Of a DNA stretch of 64,000 bases, positions 52,175-62,078 are shown one piece after another; position 1 is the stretch's first letter, and every line of letters begins with the position of its first letter. Source of the stretch: an uncultured Nitrospiraceae bacterium (lineage in GTDB: Bacteria > Nitrospirota > Thermodesulfovibrionia > Thermodesulfovibrionales > Dissulfurispiraceae); assembly GCA_963705105.1 (NCBI GenBank), contig CAVPIW010000006.1, positions 96,001-160,000 on the forward strand, in the 5' to 3' direction. A program made the position numbers and the translations under genes. The notes beneath the pieces are model-generated. The model was not told the DNA's origin. It was given only the letters and a program-made list of their open reading frames with translations, and searched no databases.

Positions 52175-55000
52175 CTAGGTCTGGCCAGCGCCGCCGGCCG
52201 TTTTGTCGAGGACGCTTCTCAGCGTGTCTCTGAGGACCTTCAGGGTGTAAGGCTTCTGGATGAAGCCGGCGAGCCCCTTGCCGACGAAACGTTGTGAGAC
52301 TTCCTGCTCGTTGTATCCGCTCGACATGACGACGGGGAGATTCCGGTGAAGTTTTCGCAGTTCCCGGAACGTCTCCTCTCCGCTCATGCGGGGCATGGTG
52401 AGGTCGAGTATGACGCAGACGATCTCGTCGGCATTGGAGCGAAACACATCCAGCCCCTCGAGTCCGTTGGCGGCGGTGAAAACCTGGAAGCCGAGCATTT
52501 CGAGCATGTTCCTGCCGACGGCCCGGACCGTCTCCTCGTCGTCGATGAGGAGGATGTGACCACCGAATCTCCATTTCTCCTGAAGGTCCGCATCGGGGGC
52601 TTTTCCGGCAGTCTCACCGGCAACAGCCGGAAAGAGGACCTTGAAGGTCGTCCCTTTGCCCGGTTCAGAGTAGACCTTGACGGCGCCGTGATGCCCGCGG
52701 ACGATGCCGAGCACGGCAGCGAGTCCCAGTCCCCTGCCGGTGAACTTCGTGCTGAAGAAGGGATCGAAGATGCGTTGTTTCGTATTCTCATCCATGCCGG
52801 CTCCGGTGTCCGATACCTCGATGTAGACATAGAGCCCTTCGGACAGGTTTTCGTCGAGGTAGGTCTCCCTGAGGTAATTGCGGTCGCAGTCCATCGCTCC
52901 CGTTATGATCGAAATAACGCCGCTCCTTTCTCCGATGGCATCTGAAGCGTTGATGATGAGGTTCATGATGACCTGTCGGATCTGCGTCGCGTCGGCCTTG
53001 AGGAGGGGCAGGTTTTTCCCGAATTCGTAGCGAAGGATCGCTTTCTTGGAGATCGAGACCTCGAGCATATGGGTCATCTCGCTCACGATCCGGGAGAGAT
53101 CGAGACACTCGACGACGAATTTTCCCTTCCCCGAATAGGCGAGCATCTGCCTGCAGAGGTCCGAGGCCCTGATCGAGGCCTTCTCGATTTCCTGAATGTT
53201 CTGCCGGGCCGGCGAGCCCGGGGGCAGTCTGAGCAGGGCAAGGTCGGCGTTGCCGAGGATCGCCATGAGCAGGTTGTTGAAGTCGTGGGCGATCCCTCCC
53301 GCCAGCACACCCAGGCTTTCGAGCTTCTGGACGTGGAGCATCTGTTCCTGGAGCTTTTGTTTTTCTTCCTCCGCCTGCTTGATTTTCGTAATGTCGCGTA
53401 TCGCCGTCACCCTCAAGCGGCGGCCGCCGATGTCCATGGTCTGCGCCCGTGCCTCGACGGGGAAAATGGTCCCGTCTTTTCTGAGGGCGAAATGTTCATA
53501 GGGATCGCAGAGATTCGATTGTACCGCTTCAGACACCCGTTCCAGCGATTGCGCCGCCACAAAGTCGATGACCGGTTTCCCGATCACTTCGTCCCGGTCG
53601 TACCCGAGCATTGCGGCAAGCTGATCGTTGAGGTCGACGAATCTGCCCTCTTCGGTCAGGGCGATGCCTTCGAAAGACGCATCGGCCAGCGTCCTGAACC
53701 TCTGCTCGCTTTCCCGCAGGGCCGTCTGAGCATCAAGGAGTTCGGTGATGTCTGTCGCCATGCCTATGACGCCTGCCAGGTTCCCCGAGGCGTCGTAGAA
53801 GGGAGAGTAGAGCGTGTCGAAGGAGATGCCCTGAACCTGCGTCGTGGTGCGCCTTATTTCACCTGCCAATGCTCCTTTGAGGCCTTCGATCACGGCGGGA
53901 TAATCTTTATAGAGCTCCAGGGCCGACAATCCCACAACCTGTCCGGGTTCGAGGCCGAGTCTTGCAAGGGCCCGGCCCTCGGAAAGCTGAAAGACGCCGT
54001 CCCGGTCGAGGATGAAGATGACCGCCTGCGCGTTCTCCACAACGGTGCGGAATCTCTGTTCACTCTCGCGCAGCGCGTTCTCGGCCTGCCAGCGTTCGGT
54101 GATGTCCTGGCCGATCGACTGGTATTCGATCAGGTTACCCTGATCGTCGAAGATGGCGCGGTCGGTCCACTCCTGCCGGACGATCCGTCCGCCAGGCCTG
54201 ATGGCCTGCTGCTGATAGGTCACGAGCGGATTGTCCCGCGTGAGAGAGAGATAATGCCTTCTCACCGTCTCGCGGTCCTTTTCCACTATGAACTGAAAGA
54301 AGTTTTGTCCTGTCAGTTCTTCCCGCGTTCTGCCGAAATAGGAATAGTACATAGTGTTGACGAAGGTCAATGTGCCGTCGGGAAGAAAGCGGCAGATCAG
54401 GGCCGGCATATCCTCGACAAGGGCCCGGTAGCGCTCTTCACTCTCCCTCAGTTGAATCTCCGCTTTCGTCCGCTCCCTCAGTTCTCTCCCGATCGCTTCG
54501 GCATGCTGCTGCATCTGCTCATGGTAGTATGCGTTCTGCAGCGCGATGGATACGTGGCTGGTCAGTATCCCGAGAAAGGGCTGCCGGGCGGAAAAGTCGC
54601 GCTCCCTGAAGGAAGCGAGGGACAGGACGCCGAGGACCCGGTCACGGTATGTGAGGGGCAGAGCCGCAAATGAACGGATCCCCGCTTCCTTGCATTCATT
54701 GAGCGTACACAGGGGGTCGGCGTTGATATCTATTGAATAAAAGGGTCTGCATTCACTGACGGCGAGACCGCAGAGACAGACGCCGACTTTCTTTATGTCC
54801 GGGGCGATCTGCGTGCCGCTGTCCGCGCGGTTCCAGTATCCCTTCAGCATCAGGGTGTCGTCTTCGCGGACGTAAAAAAAGACCGCATCGGGCTCAAGGA
54901 CGGCGGCGATCTGCTTTATGGTCTTTTCGACGACGCCGGTGACGGAGAGGTTCGAGCTTATGTCGCTGGTGAAAACATGAAGGGCAAGGAGTTCGTCCAT
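52175..55000 (-). CDS. Hybrid sensor histidine kinase (GAF, 3 PAS, HisKA/HATPase, REC)
   Basis: AGGIAHDFNNLL, NLIINASDA, DTGAGM, GRGLGL, C-terminal receiver DLTMP. Confidence 0.92.
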   Translation of the reverse strand: MDELLALHVFTSDISSNLSVTGVVEKTIKQIAAVLEPDAVFFYVREDDTLMLKGYWNRADSGTQIAPDIKKVGVCLCGLAVSECRPFYSIDINADPLCTLNECKEAGIRSFAALPLTYRDRVLGVLSLASFRERDFSARQPFLGILTSHVSIALQNAYYHEQMQQHAEAIGRELRERTKAEIQLRESEERYRALVEDMPALICRFLPDGTLTFVNTMYYSYFGRTREELTGQNFFQFIVEKDRETVRRHYLSLTRDNPLVTYQQQAIRPGGRIVRQEWTDRAIFDDQGNLIEYQSIGQDITERWQAENALRESEQRFRTVVENAQAVIFILDRDGVFQLSEGRALARLGLEPGQVVGLSALELYKDYPAVIEGLKGALAGEIRRTTTQVQGISFDTLYSPFYDASGNLAGVIGMATDITELLDAQTALRESEQRFRTLADASFEGIALTEEGRFVDLNDQLAAMLGYDRDEVIGKPVIDFVAAQSLERVSEAVQSNLCDPYEHFALRKDGTIFPVEARAQTMDIGGRRLRVTAIRDITKIKQAEEEKQKLQEQMLHVQKLESLGVLAGGIAHDFNNLLMAILGNADLALLRLPPGSPARQNIQEIEKASIRASDLCRQMLAYSGKGKFVVECLDLSRIVSEMTHMLEVSISKKAILRYEFGKNLPLLKADATQIRQVIMNLIINASDAIGERSGVISIITGAMDCDRNYLRETYLDENLSEGLYVYIEVSDTGAGMDENTKQRIFDPFFSTKFTGRGLGLAAVLGIVRGHHGAVKVYSEPGKGTTFKVLFPAVAGETAGKAPDADLQEKWRFGGHILLIDDEETVRAVGRNMLEMLGFQVFTAANGLEGLDVFRSNADEIVCVILDLTMPRMSGEETFRELRKLHRNLPVVMSSGYNEQEVSQRFVGKGLAGFIQKPYTLKVLRDTLRSVLDKTAGGAGQT

Positions 55001-55120
55001 AAAGGGGCAACCTCACACAGGATTATTACTCTCGCGATCACGGCAGTCCGTCGAGAGGAACCACGAAACCGGGCACGACGACGTAAATCTGCAATTATAC
55101 TACAGACTGCATTTCAACAT

Positions 55121-55870
55121 CTATTTTTCAAGCTTCTTCATGATCTGCGAGCAGACACCGTGAAGCATCTGGAGCTCCCAGGAGGTGAGGCCGGCCCTGC
55201 CGAGGAAATGTTTGATGCTCTTCATGATTGCATGCTCCAGGTCCCTGTCGCCACGGGGAATGTATTCAAGGAGCCTGAGGGTTTCCGCTATCCGGTCGAA
55301 AAGGATGGTCAGCTCGTCGTGGCGAACGAGGGAGACTTTGCTCAGGTGCCGGCAGCCGGCGCCTGACTCCCGGCTCCCGTCGTGTGTCTTTGCCAGCTCA
55401 TAGGCCGTAATGAGCACCGCCTGGGCCAGGTTGAGGGAAGGGTGCTCCCTGTTCGCAGGAATGGTGATGAGAAAGCCGCACTCATCGACCTCGTCGTTGA
55501 AAAGTCCCCGGTCCTCGCGCCCGAAGAGCAGGGCGACGGTATTGCCCCTCGCTATATCGGCAATCCTGCGGGCGCCCTCGTGGGCGGTGAAGATGGCGCC
55601 CCGCTTCCGGCCCGTCCGCCTCGTCGTCCCCACAACGACCGCCGATTCCCTGATCGCATCAGCCAGGGTCGGGTAGGACGGGGCGGATTCGAGGATGTCC
55701 AGGGCGTTATGGGCGAGCCACCGGGCCTCGTCGGTCATGACCGGGGGTGGATTGACGAGGGCCAGTTTGCGGAAGCCCATGTTTTTGAGCGCCCGGGCCG
55801 ATGCGCCGATGTTGCCCGGCTCACGGGGCTCGACGAGCAAGAAGGTGATGTTGTCTTTCCACATAGACAT
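55121..55870 (-). CDS. trmJ: tRNA/rRNA SPOUT methyltransferase, TrmJ/LasT family
   Basis: PGNIGASARALKNMG, FGREDRGL, SLNLAQAV. Confidence 0.9.
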   Translation of the reverse strand: MSMWKDNITFLLVEPREPGNIGASARALKNMGFRKLALVNPPPVMTDEARWLAHNALDILESAPSYPTLADAIRESAVVVGTTRRTGRKRGAIFTAHEGARRIADIARGNTVALLFGREDRGLFNDEVDECGFLITIPANREHPSLNLAQAVLITAYELAKTHDGSRESGAGCRHLSKVSLVRHDELTILFDRIAETLRLLEYIPRGDRDLEHAIMKSIKHFLGRAGLTSWELQMLHGVCSQIMKKLEK

Positions 55871-55880
55871 GTGCAGGCAT

Positions 55881-55914
55881 AAAAAAGGGCGGGAGGTTAA
55901 CCCCTCCCACCCTT
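55881..55914 (-). terminator. Rho-independent terminator of the KKKKIEGC gene
   Basis: Minus strand GGGTGGGAGG-loop-CCTCCCGCCC-TTTTTT. Confidence 0.75.
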
Positions 55915-55934
55915 CATTCAGTCGATTGGGACTC

Positions 55935-56261
55935 TTAGCAGCCCTCGATCTTTTTCTTCTTCGGTTTGTCGGCAGGCTTGTCGGCCGGTTTGTCAGCAGG
56001 CTTGTCAGCGGCCTTCATGGCCTCCTTCGTGATCTTGCCTCCCTTCACCATGACCTTATCGCCGACCTTCAGGTCCTTTGCAGCCTTGTCCTCTACGACG
56101 GTCTCCTTGCCCTTGTCATCCTTAATGGTGAACTTGGCGCCCTCGACCTTCGAGATCGTACCCTTCATCTCCTTCGCCTCTTTCACCTCGGCTGCGAAAC
56201 CGAGACCGGCGACGCTCAGGGTGAACATAATTGCGACGATCAATGCGAGAATCTTCTTCAT
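55935..56261 (-). CDS. Small exported OB-fold-like protein with a (KPAD)n linker and C-terminal KKKKIEGC (ExtJ-like)
   Basis: Signal peptide MKKILAL...GFA; 12-bp tandem repeats encode ADKP; the single Cys is the last residue. Confidence 0.75.
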   Translation of the reverse strand: MKKILALIVAIMFTLSVAGLGFAAEVKEAKEMKGTISKVEGAKFTIKDDKGKETVVEDKAAKDLKVGDKVMVKGGKITKEAMKAADKPADKPADKPADKPKKKKIEGC

Positions 56262-56313
56262 CTGCTCTTTCACCTCCTTTCATGACTGAATTCTTACGTC
56301 TCTCTCTGTATTG

Positions 56314-56329
56314 AGCAACTCACGTGCCA
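56314..56329 (-). promoter_or_regulatory. sigma54 (-24/-12) promoter
   Basis: Minus strand TGGCAC-GTGAG-TTGCT, a consensus match. Confidence 0.75.
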
Positions 56330-56415
56330 ATCAGTAACACCTTATTTTACTTCAATTCCTGCTCTTTTTTCAATGCCCCTTTTACCGAAATGGGGAGTTC
56401 GTTCCTTTTTCGGGA

Positions 56416-57510
56416 TCAGTCCTTCATCGGCTTGATGAACATGAAGTAGGCCATAGTCCAGTTGCCGAGAATGATGAATACCGTCGCCACGATGCTCTGC
56501 AGGGCAAGCGCCGACATACCTGTCAGCGAATGGCCGACTGTTCAACCTCCCGCCGTTGCGGCGCCGAAACCCATGACCATCCCGCCCAGGAACACCCGGA
56601 CGAGCTCAGAGGGGTCCTTGGGGGCTGTGAGTTTGTATTCGTTCAGGTCCTTGGCGCTCAGGTACGCGCCGAGGGGCACGCCGATGACATAGAGGGCGCT
56701 CCAGGTCGCCACGCCGATCCCGAGGATGCCGAACATGGGATCGAAGGGAGCGCTGCTGTTGCCCGTCAGGGCAAACATGAGAAAGTCGATGAGCGGACCG
56801 GAGAACGACAGGCCCCTTGCCTGGCCGCCGTAAAAGTAGGATGCCCACCATGCCACGATGACGAGCAGGCCGACGACAAATCCGCCGACGGACCAGGACC
56901 ATCCCTTTTTCGGCCCCTTTGCGAAGGGATTGCCCTTGAGGATCACAGGGATCAGGATTGCCGCGATAACGGCGATGGTGATCCATTTCGCCTCTATGCC
57001 CCCTCCGAAGAGGTCCCAGAGGGCAAGGCTCGAAATCTCCGTCTCACCCTCTCCCAGGGCGAATTTAAAGCTCTTGATGTACTGCATGACAGGCTTGAGG
57101 GGACCGTGATAGGTGGCGATGAGAGAAGCGCCGAAGCCGAAGGTGGCGATCGTCGCGGCGAACTGTCCCTCGCCCTGTTTATACAGCACACCGCTTCCGC
57201 AGCCGCCGGCCATGACGATGCCGAGGCCGAAGATGTATCCCCCGATGATCGCCGAGATCGGCGAGAAGGACTGGCGTCTCAAGCCGAATTCACCGAGAAA
57301 CCCGAGGTCCTCGATAAGGTTCGCACCAATAATAGCAACCAGGAGAGCGAGTAACCATGAACGGAACAGCGTAAGATCGTCTATAAAGATCACGTCTCTA
57401 AATGCTGTGTTCATTCAATATCTGCCGCGCTGAAGGACAAAGCCGAAAGCGACGCCCATGAGGATGCCGCTCAGTATGATCATGATACTGGCTTGTGGAA
57501 TCCCTTCCAT
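56416..57510 (-). CDS. yeeE: YeeE/YedE sulfur/selenium transporter, predicted selenoprotein (364 aa, TGA at codons 32 and 323)
   Basis: AAGGAGG RBS and ATG at 57510; in-frame TGA at 57415-57417 (LQRGRY-U-M) and 56542-56544 (AGG-U-TVGH), both at conserved YeeE Cys positions; the central GGCGSG keeps Cys. Confidence 0.85.
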
Positions 57511-57553
57511 GTAACCCTCCTTAGTTCTTTACTGTTCAGGCCAAAGGCCCCTG

Positions 57554-57721
57554 TCACCAGGTGAATACCCTGTCACAACTCTCTATGAGCGTGACGATCC
57601 GGTCATAATCTTTGCATTCCGTCAGATTGAGCACTTCCACGGTGTGGGATTTCCTGTGCTCATCGATGATCGTCCGGACGCATTCGCCCGGATCGGTTTT
57701 CAGGATGTGCAGCACGTTCAT
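57554..57721 (-). CDS. Small DsrH/TusB-like protein
   Basis: MNVLHILK...DYDRIVTLIESCDRVFTW, similar to the DsrH C-terminal Y..(F/L)V.L.......(T/S)W. Confidence 0.55.
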   Translation of the reverse strand: MNVLHILKTDPGECVRTIIDEHRKSHTVEVLNLTECKDYDRIVTLIESCDRVFTW

Positions 57722-57737
57722 GGATGACACATCCTCT

Positions 57738-58013
57738 TTAATAACACAGCACCGCGTCGTATTCGAGGAGCCGCCGGCCAATCTCCTCAGTCGGGAGATG
57801 CACGGTCCCGCTCTCACCCGGCATATTGCTCACAACCTTCAGGCTCAGTTCCCCGGCCATGGTGAGGTTGAAGGCGATGTCCGGGTGGTCGCCGATCCGG
57901 TTGTCAAGTATATACAGATCCACGCTATGGAGGATCGAGAGTCCCACGCCCATCCTGATGCCCTCAGCCTGCCTGTCCCTGACGACGACGGCGATCCGTT
58001 TTCCGCCCGCCAT
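57738..58013 (-). CDS. DsrF/TusC-like protein
   Basis: KRIAVVVRDRQAEGIRMGVGL...LLEYDAVL. Confidence 0.55.
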   Translation of the reverse strand: MAGGKRIAVVVRDRQAEGIRMGVGLSILHSVDLYILDNRIGDHPDIAFNLTMAGELSLKVVSNMPGESGTVHLPTEEIGRRLLEYDAVLCY

Positions 58014-58028
58014 GGGATCACCACCCTC

Positions 58029-58331
58029 TCACAGCACGATCACCTTGTCGGCTTCGCGGACCATGTCGGCGTTGTCGTACTGGCTGCCGCAGGTTATGCG
58101 GGGGACGTAGTCCTCCCTGGTGATGCCCAACTGCTGACGGTTGAGGTCACAGAGACTCATGCGGACGGTGTCATGGGCGCAGAGCGAAGCGACCTTCTCA
58201 TCCGTCGCCAGGAGACATCCCCGGTCCATGAAAAAGAGGATGACCTTGTGTCCTTTCCTGACGGCAGCCTCTGCGATGCCGATCACGTCGTCCCTGTGCC
58301 TGTCAGTGTTGACGAGTATTCCCAGGGTCAT
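58029..58331 (-). CDS. DsrE family sulfur relay protein
   Basis: GHKVILFFMDRGC, SLC, GSQYDNADMVREADKVIVL. Confidence 0.7.
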   Translation of the reverse strand: MTLGILVNTDRHRDDVIGIAEAAVRKGHKVILFFMDRGCLLATDEKVASLCAHDTVRMSLCDLNRQQLGITREDYVPRITCGSQYDNADMVREADKVIVL

Positions 58332-58540
58332 GCCCCTCCGAGTACAGAAGGCCGGGATGATTTTCAAACGCTATTTTGTAGCATATCGGCACCGAAAAAG
58401 TAAACCTTTCCGCCGCAAAGACATTGAGACATTAAGTTATTAAGTCATTCATATTTCATTAATCGGCAGTCGACAGTCGGAACAGGGCCACGAATACGCA
58501 GGCGGGGAGGCTATGTGAAGGAATTTATGCCGACTGCCGG

Positions 58541-61201
58541 CTATCGACTGTCGACTGCAGTCCTGCGGACGATAGCCTTGCGCAGTTCCTCGGCGGCGAC
58601 GAGGAGGATGCTGAACGGGAGCAGCATGAGCCATATCTCAAGGCCCAGCGGCGCCGTACCGAAGACCCTGTTGCCGAAGGGATGGTAGACGATGAAGAGC
58701 TGCAGCGCCACTTCGAAGAGAATACCGGCGAAGACGAGGGGATTCGAAAAGAACCCCAGGCTGAACAGGGACTGCCGGGAGGAACGGCAGGCAAAAACGT
58801 TCCCGACCTGTGTGATGACGATCGCCGTGAGGCATGCCGTCGTCGCCTGCATATAAAGCCTGTCTTGCGGCTGGAGCGTCATTCCCCATTGCCAGCCTCC
58901 CCCGTACAGGACGAGGAAAAAACCGAACATGCAGGCCGCTGCCTCGATGAGTCCGAGAAACAGATAGGCCCTCACAACGAGTGACGGCCTGATGAGCCTC
59001 TCCTTCACGCTCCTCGGCGGCTGCTTCATGATCTCCGCCGACGGTTTTTCCGCGCCGAGGGCCAGGGCCGGCAGCATGTCCGTGCCCAGGTCGACGGCGA
59101 GTATCTGGATGACGGTGAGGGGGAGGGGGATGCGCAGGATCATGTATGACAGATAGGGAACGGCCTCGGGAATGTTCGAGGCGAAGATGTATGTGATGAA
59201 CTTCCTGATGTTGTCATAAATCGCCCGACCCTCCTCGACGGCATGCACGATCGTCGAGAAATCGTCGTCAAGGATCACCATGTCGGAGGCCTCCTTGGCC
59301 ACATCGGTCCCGGATATGCCCATGGCTATGCCGATATCTGCCCGCTTGAGCGCGGGTGCGTCGTTCACGCCGTCTCCGGTCACGGCAACCACCTCTCCCT
59401 CGTCTTTGAGGACCGACACGATCCTCATCTTTTCCTTCGGCGTCATCCGTGCGAAGATGATCTCTTTGCCGGAGAGCTTTTCGCTCAGTTGCCGGTCGTT
59501 CATACCGTCAAGTTCACGCCCTTCGATGATGACGGGATCGCCTGTGCTCAGCCCTATCTCCCGCGCGATGGCCGCCGCCGTCCTGCTCCCGTCGCCGGTG
59601 ATCATGATCACCCTGATGCCCGCCTCTCTGCACTTCATGATGGCCTGCCGCACCTCCGGTCTCGGAGGGTCTTCAAGGCCGATCAATCCGACAAAGATCA
59701 GATCACGCTCAATCTCTTCCGGTATCAGCTCCCCCGGGATGACGTCCGATTCCCTGTATGCGAAGGCGAGCACCCGGAGCCCCCTGTCCGTCAGGGATTC
59801 ATACGCATCGAGCACCTCTCTGTGCGTGGTATCATTCATCTCCACGGTCTCGGCATTCCTGCGGAGAGAACCGCAGAGGGGAAGGATGCTCTCCGGCGCC
59901 CCCTTTGTCAGGACGAGCCGTTTCCCGTCGATGAGGGCGATGACGGTCATCCTTTTGCGGTCGGAATCAAAGGGTATTTCACCCAGCCGCTCCGTCTCGC
60001 AGCCGCCGGCACTCTCCCTCGTTGCTCTGAGCAGCGCCACCTCCGTCGGGTCACCCCGGTATTCGCCGTCCAGGTACCGGGCATTGTTGCAGATACAGGC
60101 GATCCTGGCGAGCAATCGGTCTGTATACCCGGAGAATTCTGCCGCGTCCATGACCTTGTTATCGCACCATGCCCCTACTACCGTCATCCTGTTCTGCGTG
60201 AGCGTTCCCGTCTTGTCGGTGCAGATGACCGTCACGGCGCCCAGCGTTTCAACGGAGGGAAGCGTCTTGATCAACGCCTTTCTCCTGGCCATCCTCTGGC
60301 TTCCCATGGCGAGGGCGAGGGTCACCGTGGGAAGCATGCCCTCGGGGATGAGCGCCACGGTGATGCCGATGGCGAAGATGAAGTTGGACCAGAAGTCCCT
60401 CCCGATGAGGAAACCCATCACAAAAAAGAATGCGCCCACGACCGTGGCTATTGTGGCCACCAGTCTCGTCACCCTGACGATCTCTTTCTGGAGCGGGCTC
60501 AGACCGGCCTCGACACCGCTTGTGAGGTGGGCGATCCTGCCGAACTCCGTGCTCATGGCAGTGGCGAAAACGACGGCCCGTGCCGACCCGCTCACCACGG
60601 CGGTGCCGGCGAAGACGATGTTCGGGCTCCGGGTAAGCTCACCGTCAAAGGGCCTGACATCTCGCAGGACCGCCTCTGATTCACCCGTCAGGGGCGCGTT
60701 GTTCACCCTGAGGGAGTTGGACACCAGGAGCCGCGCGTCGGCGGGGACCTTATCACCCTCTGCGAGAAGGATGACATCGCCGGGCACGACCTCTCTTGCC
60801 GGGATCTCCTTTTCTCCCCCGTCCCGCAGGACTTTCACATGGAAGGGAAGGAGCTTCCTGAGCGCGCTGAGCGCCCTCTCGGCCCGGTATTCCTGGACAA
60901 AGGTGAAGACGGCGTTGATCATGATGACTGCAATGATCGCCCATCCGAGGGTGAGCATACCCTCGCCGGGATGAAAATACTCGGAGACGAAACAGAGGAA
61001 AGCGGCGACCCAGAGAAGGACGGCGAGCAGGTGCGTGAACTGGGAGAGGAACCTGCGGGCCAGCGATGTCTTCCGCACCTCGGTGATCTCGTTCAAGCCG
61101 TACTCACGGAGCCTTTGTTCGGCCTCCTCGACGGAGAGTCCCGACGGTGACGTCACGAGGCTGCTGATGACCTCTTCGGCTGTCTGGCTGTGGACCCTCA
61201 C
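58541..61201 (-). CDS. Cation-transporting P-type ATPase (type II)
   Basis: TGES, PEGM, DKTGTLT, KGAPE, TGDGVNDAPAL. Confidence 0.95.
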   Translation of the reverse strand: MRVHSQTAEEVISSLVTSPSGLSVEEAEQRLREYGLNEITEVRKTSLARRFLSQFTHLLAVLLWVAAFLCFVSEYFHPGEGMLTLGWAIIAVIMINAVFTFVQEYRAERALSALRKLLPFHVKVLRDGGEKEIPAREVVPGDVILLAEGDKVPADARLLVSNSLRVNNAPLTGESEAVLRDVRPFDGELTRSPNIVFAGTAVVSGSARAVVFATAMSTEFGRIAHLTSGVEAGLSPLQKEIVRVTRLVATIATVVGAFFFVMGFLIGRDFWSNFIFAIGITVALIPEGMLPTVTLALAMGSQRMARRKALIKTLPSVETLGAVTVICTDKTGTLTQNRMTVVGAWCDNKVMDAAEFSGYTDRLLARIACICNNARYLDGEYRGDPTEVALLRATRESAGGCETERLGEIPFDSDRKRMTVIALIDGKRLVLTKGAPESILPLCGSLRRNAETVEMNDTTHREVLDAYESLTDRGLRVLAFAYRESDVIPGELIPEEIERDLIFVGLIGLEDPPRPEVRQAIMKCREAGIRVIMITGDGSRTAAAIAREIGLSTGDPVIIEGRELDGMNDRQLSEKLSGKEIIFARMTPKEKMRIVSVLKDEGEVVAVTGDGVNDAPALKRADIGIAMGISGTDVAKEASDMVILDDDFSTIVHAVEEGRAIYDNIRKFITYIFASNIPEAVPYLSYMILRIPLPLTVIQILAVDLGTDMLPALALGAEKPSAEIMKQPPRSVKERLIRPSLVVRAYLFLGLIEAAACMFGFFLVLYGGGWQWGMTLQPQDRLYMQATTACLTAIVITQVGNVFACRSSRQSLFSLGFFSNPLVFAGILFEVALQLFIVYHPFGNRVFGTAPLGLEIWLMLLPFSILLVAAEELRKAIVRRTAVDSR

Positions 61202-62040
61202 CGTGTTCCCTGTCTCGGGTTCAGGATGATGAGATTACAGGGTGTTTCCAGGAGCACCTGCTCGATAGGGCTGCGCCGGATCACACCCTCGAGCAGGCCC
61301 CGTTCGCTTGCTCCCATGATGATGAGATCGCTTCTCCTGTGGGCGGCTTCTATGGTGATCGTTCTTGGAACAACTCCATAGCCCGTCTTCTTTTCGTGGA
61401 GGACCTCGTATTTCCTGAGACACTCCGCGAACTCCTCCACGTCGCTTGACAGTCTCTGCTCCCTTTCGGCGGGACTCAGGTGCACCTCTCCCTGAAAGAA
61501 GCTCGTGAGGGGACTGCTCAGGTGAAAGAGGGTCACTGTCGAGCCGAAGGACGACGCCATGCGGGCGACGAAGCAGGATCGCTCCTCGATGCGCGTCATG
61601 CGACTCCTCAGCGGGACGAGGATGCGCCGGGGATGGACCTTGCCCATGTGGACGACCCGGACCATGGCGACGGAGCAGGGGAGCCGCAGCATCAGATCCC
61701 GTGCGAGCGTCTTGGTGAAGAATCTCTTTTTGACGTCTTCCCTTCGCGTGGCAGTGAAGACGATGTCGATGGCGCTGCCCTGAACGGTTGCCCGTATCAC
61801 CGAAAAGGGATCTCCCGTCTCGGTGACGCTCCGGACCTCGATGCCCTCGCCCTCGGCCTCTATAAAGAGCCGCTCAAGGGCCGCTTCAGCCCTCCGGAAT
61901 ACATCGTGGCCGATACCTTCACCGGCGACGAAGAGGAGAAAGAGCCTCGCCCGGCACGAGCGGGCCAGTGCGATGGCATAGCGGGCGGCGACCTCTGAAT
62001 TTGTGTATTCATTGACTGCAGCGAGTATGTTCGAGTACAT
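61198..62040 (-). CDS. Tandem universal stress protein
   Basis: Two USP domains (YSNILAAV..., DLIIMGAS...VLLETPCNL). Confidence 0.85.
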   Translation of the reverse strand: MYSNILAAVNEYTNSEVAARYAIALARSCRARLFLLFVAGEGIGHDVFRRAEAALERLFIEAEGEGIEVRSVTETGDPFSVIRATVQGSAIDIVFTATRREDVKKRFFTKTLARDLMLRLPCSVAMVRVVHMGKVHPRRILVPLRSRMTRIEERSCFVARMASSFGSTVTLFHLSSPLTSFFQGEVHLSPAEREQRLSSDVEEFAECLRKYEVLHEKKTGYGVVPRTITIEAAHRRSDLIIMGASERGLLEGVIRRSPIEQVLLETPCNLIILNPRQGTR

Positions 62041-62078
62041 ACTTCAATTATACCGCAGTGCTGAAGAGATCCCGGCAA

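Noticed and set aside
56416..56418. A third Sec at the terminal TGA of yeeE
   Set aside because: Not at a conserved Cys position, the protein is already full length, and the sequence beyond is not YeeE-like
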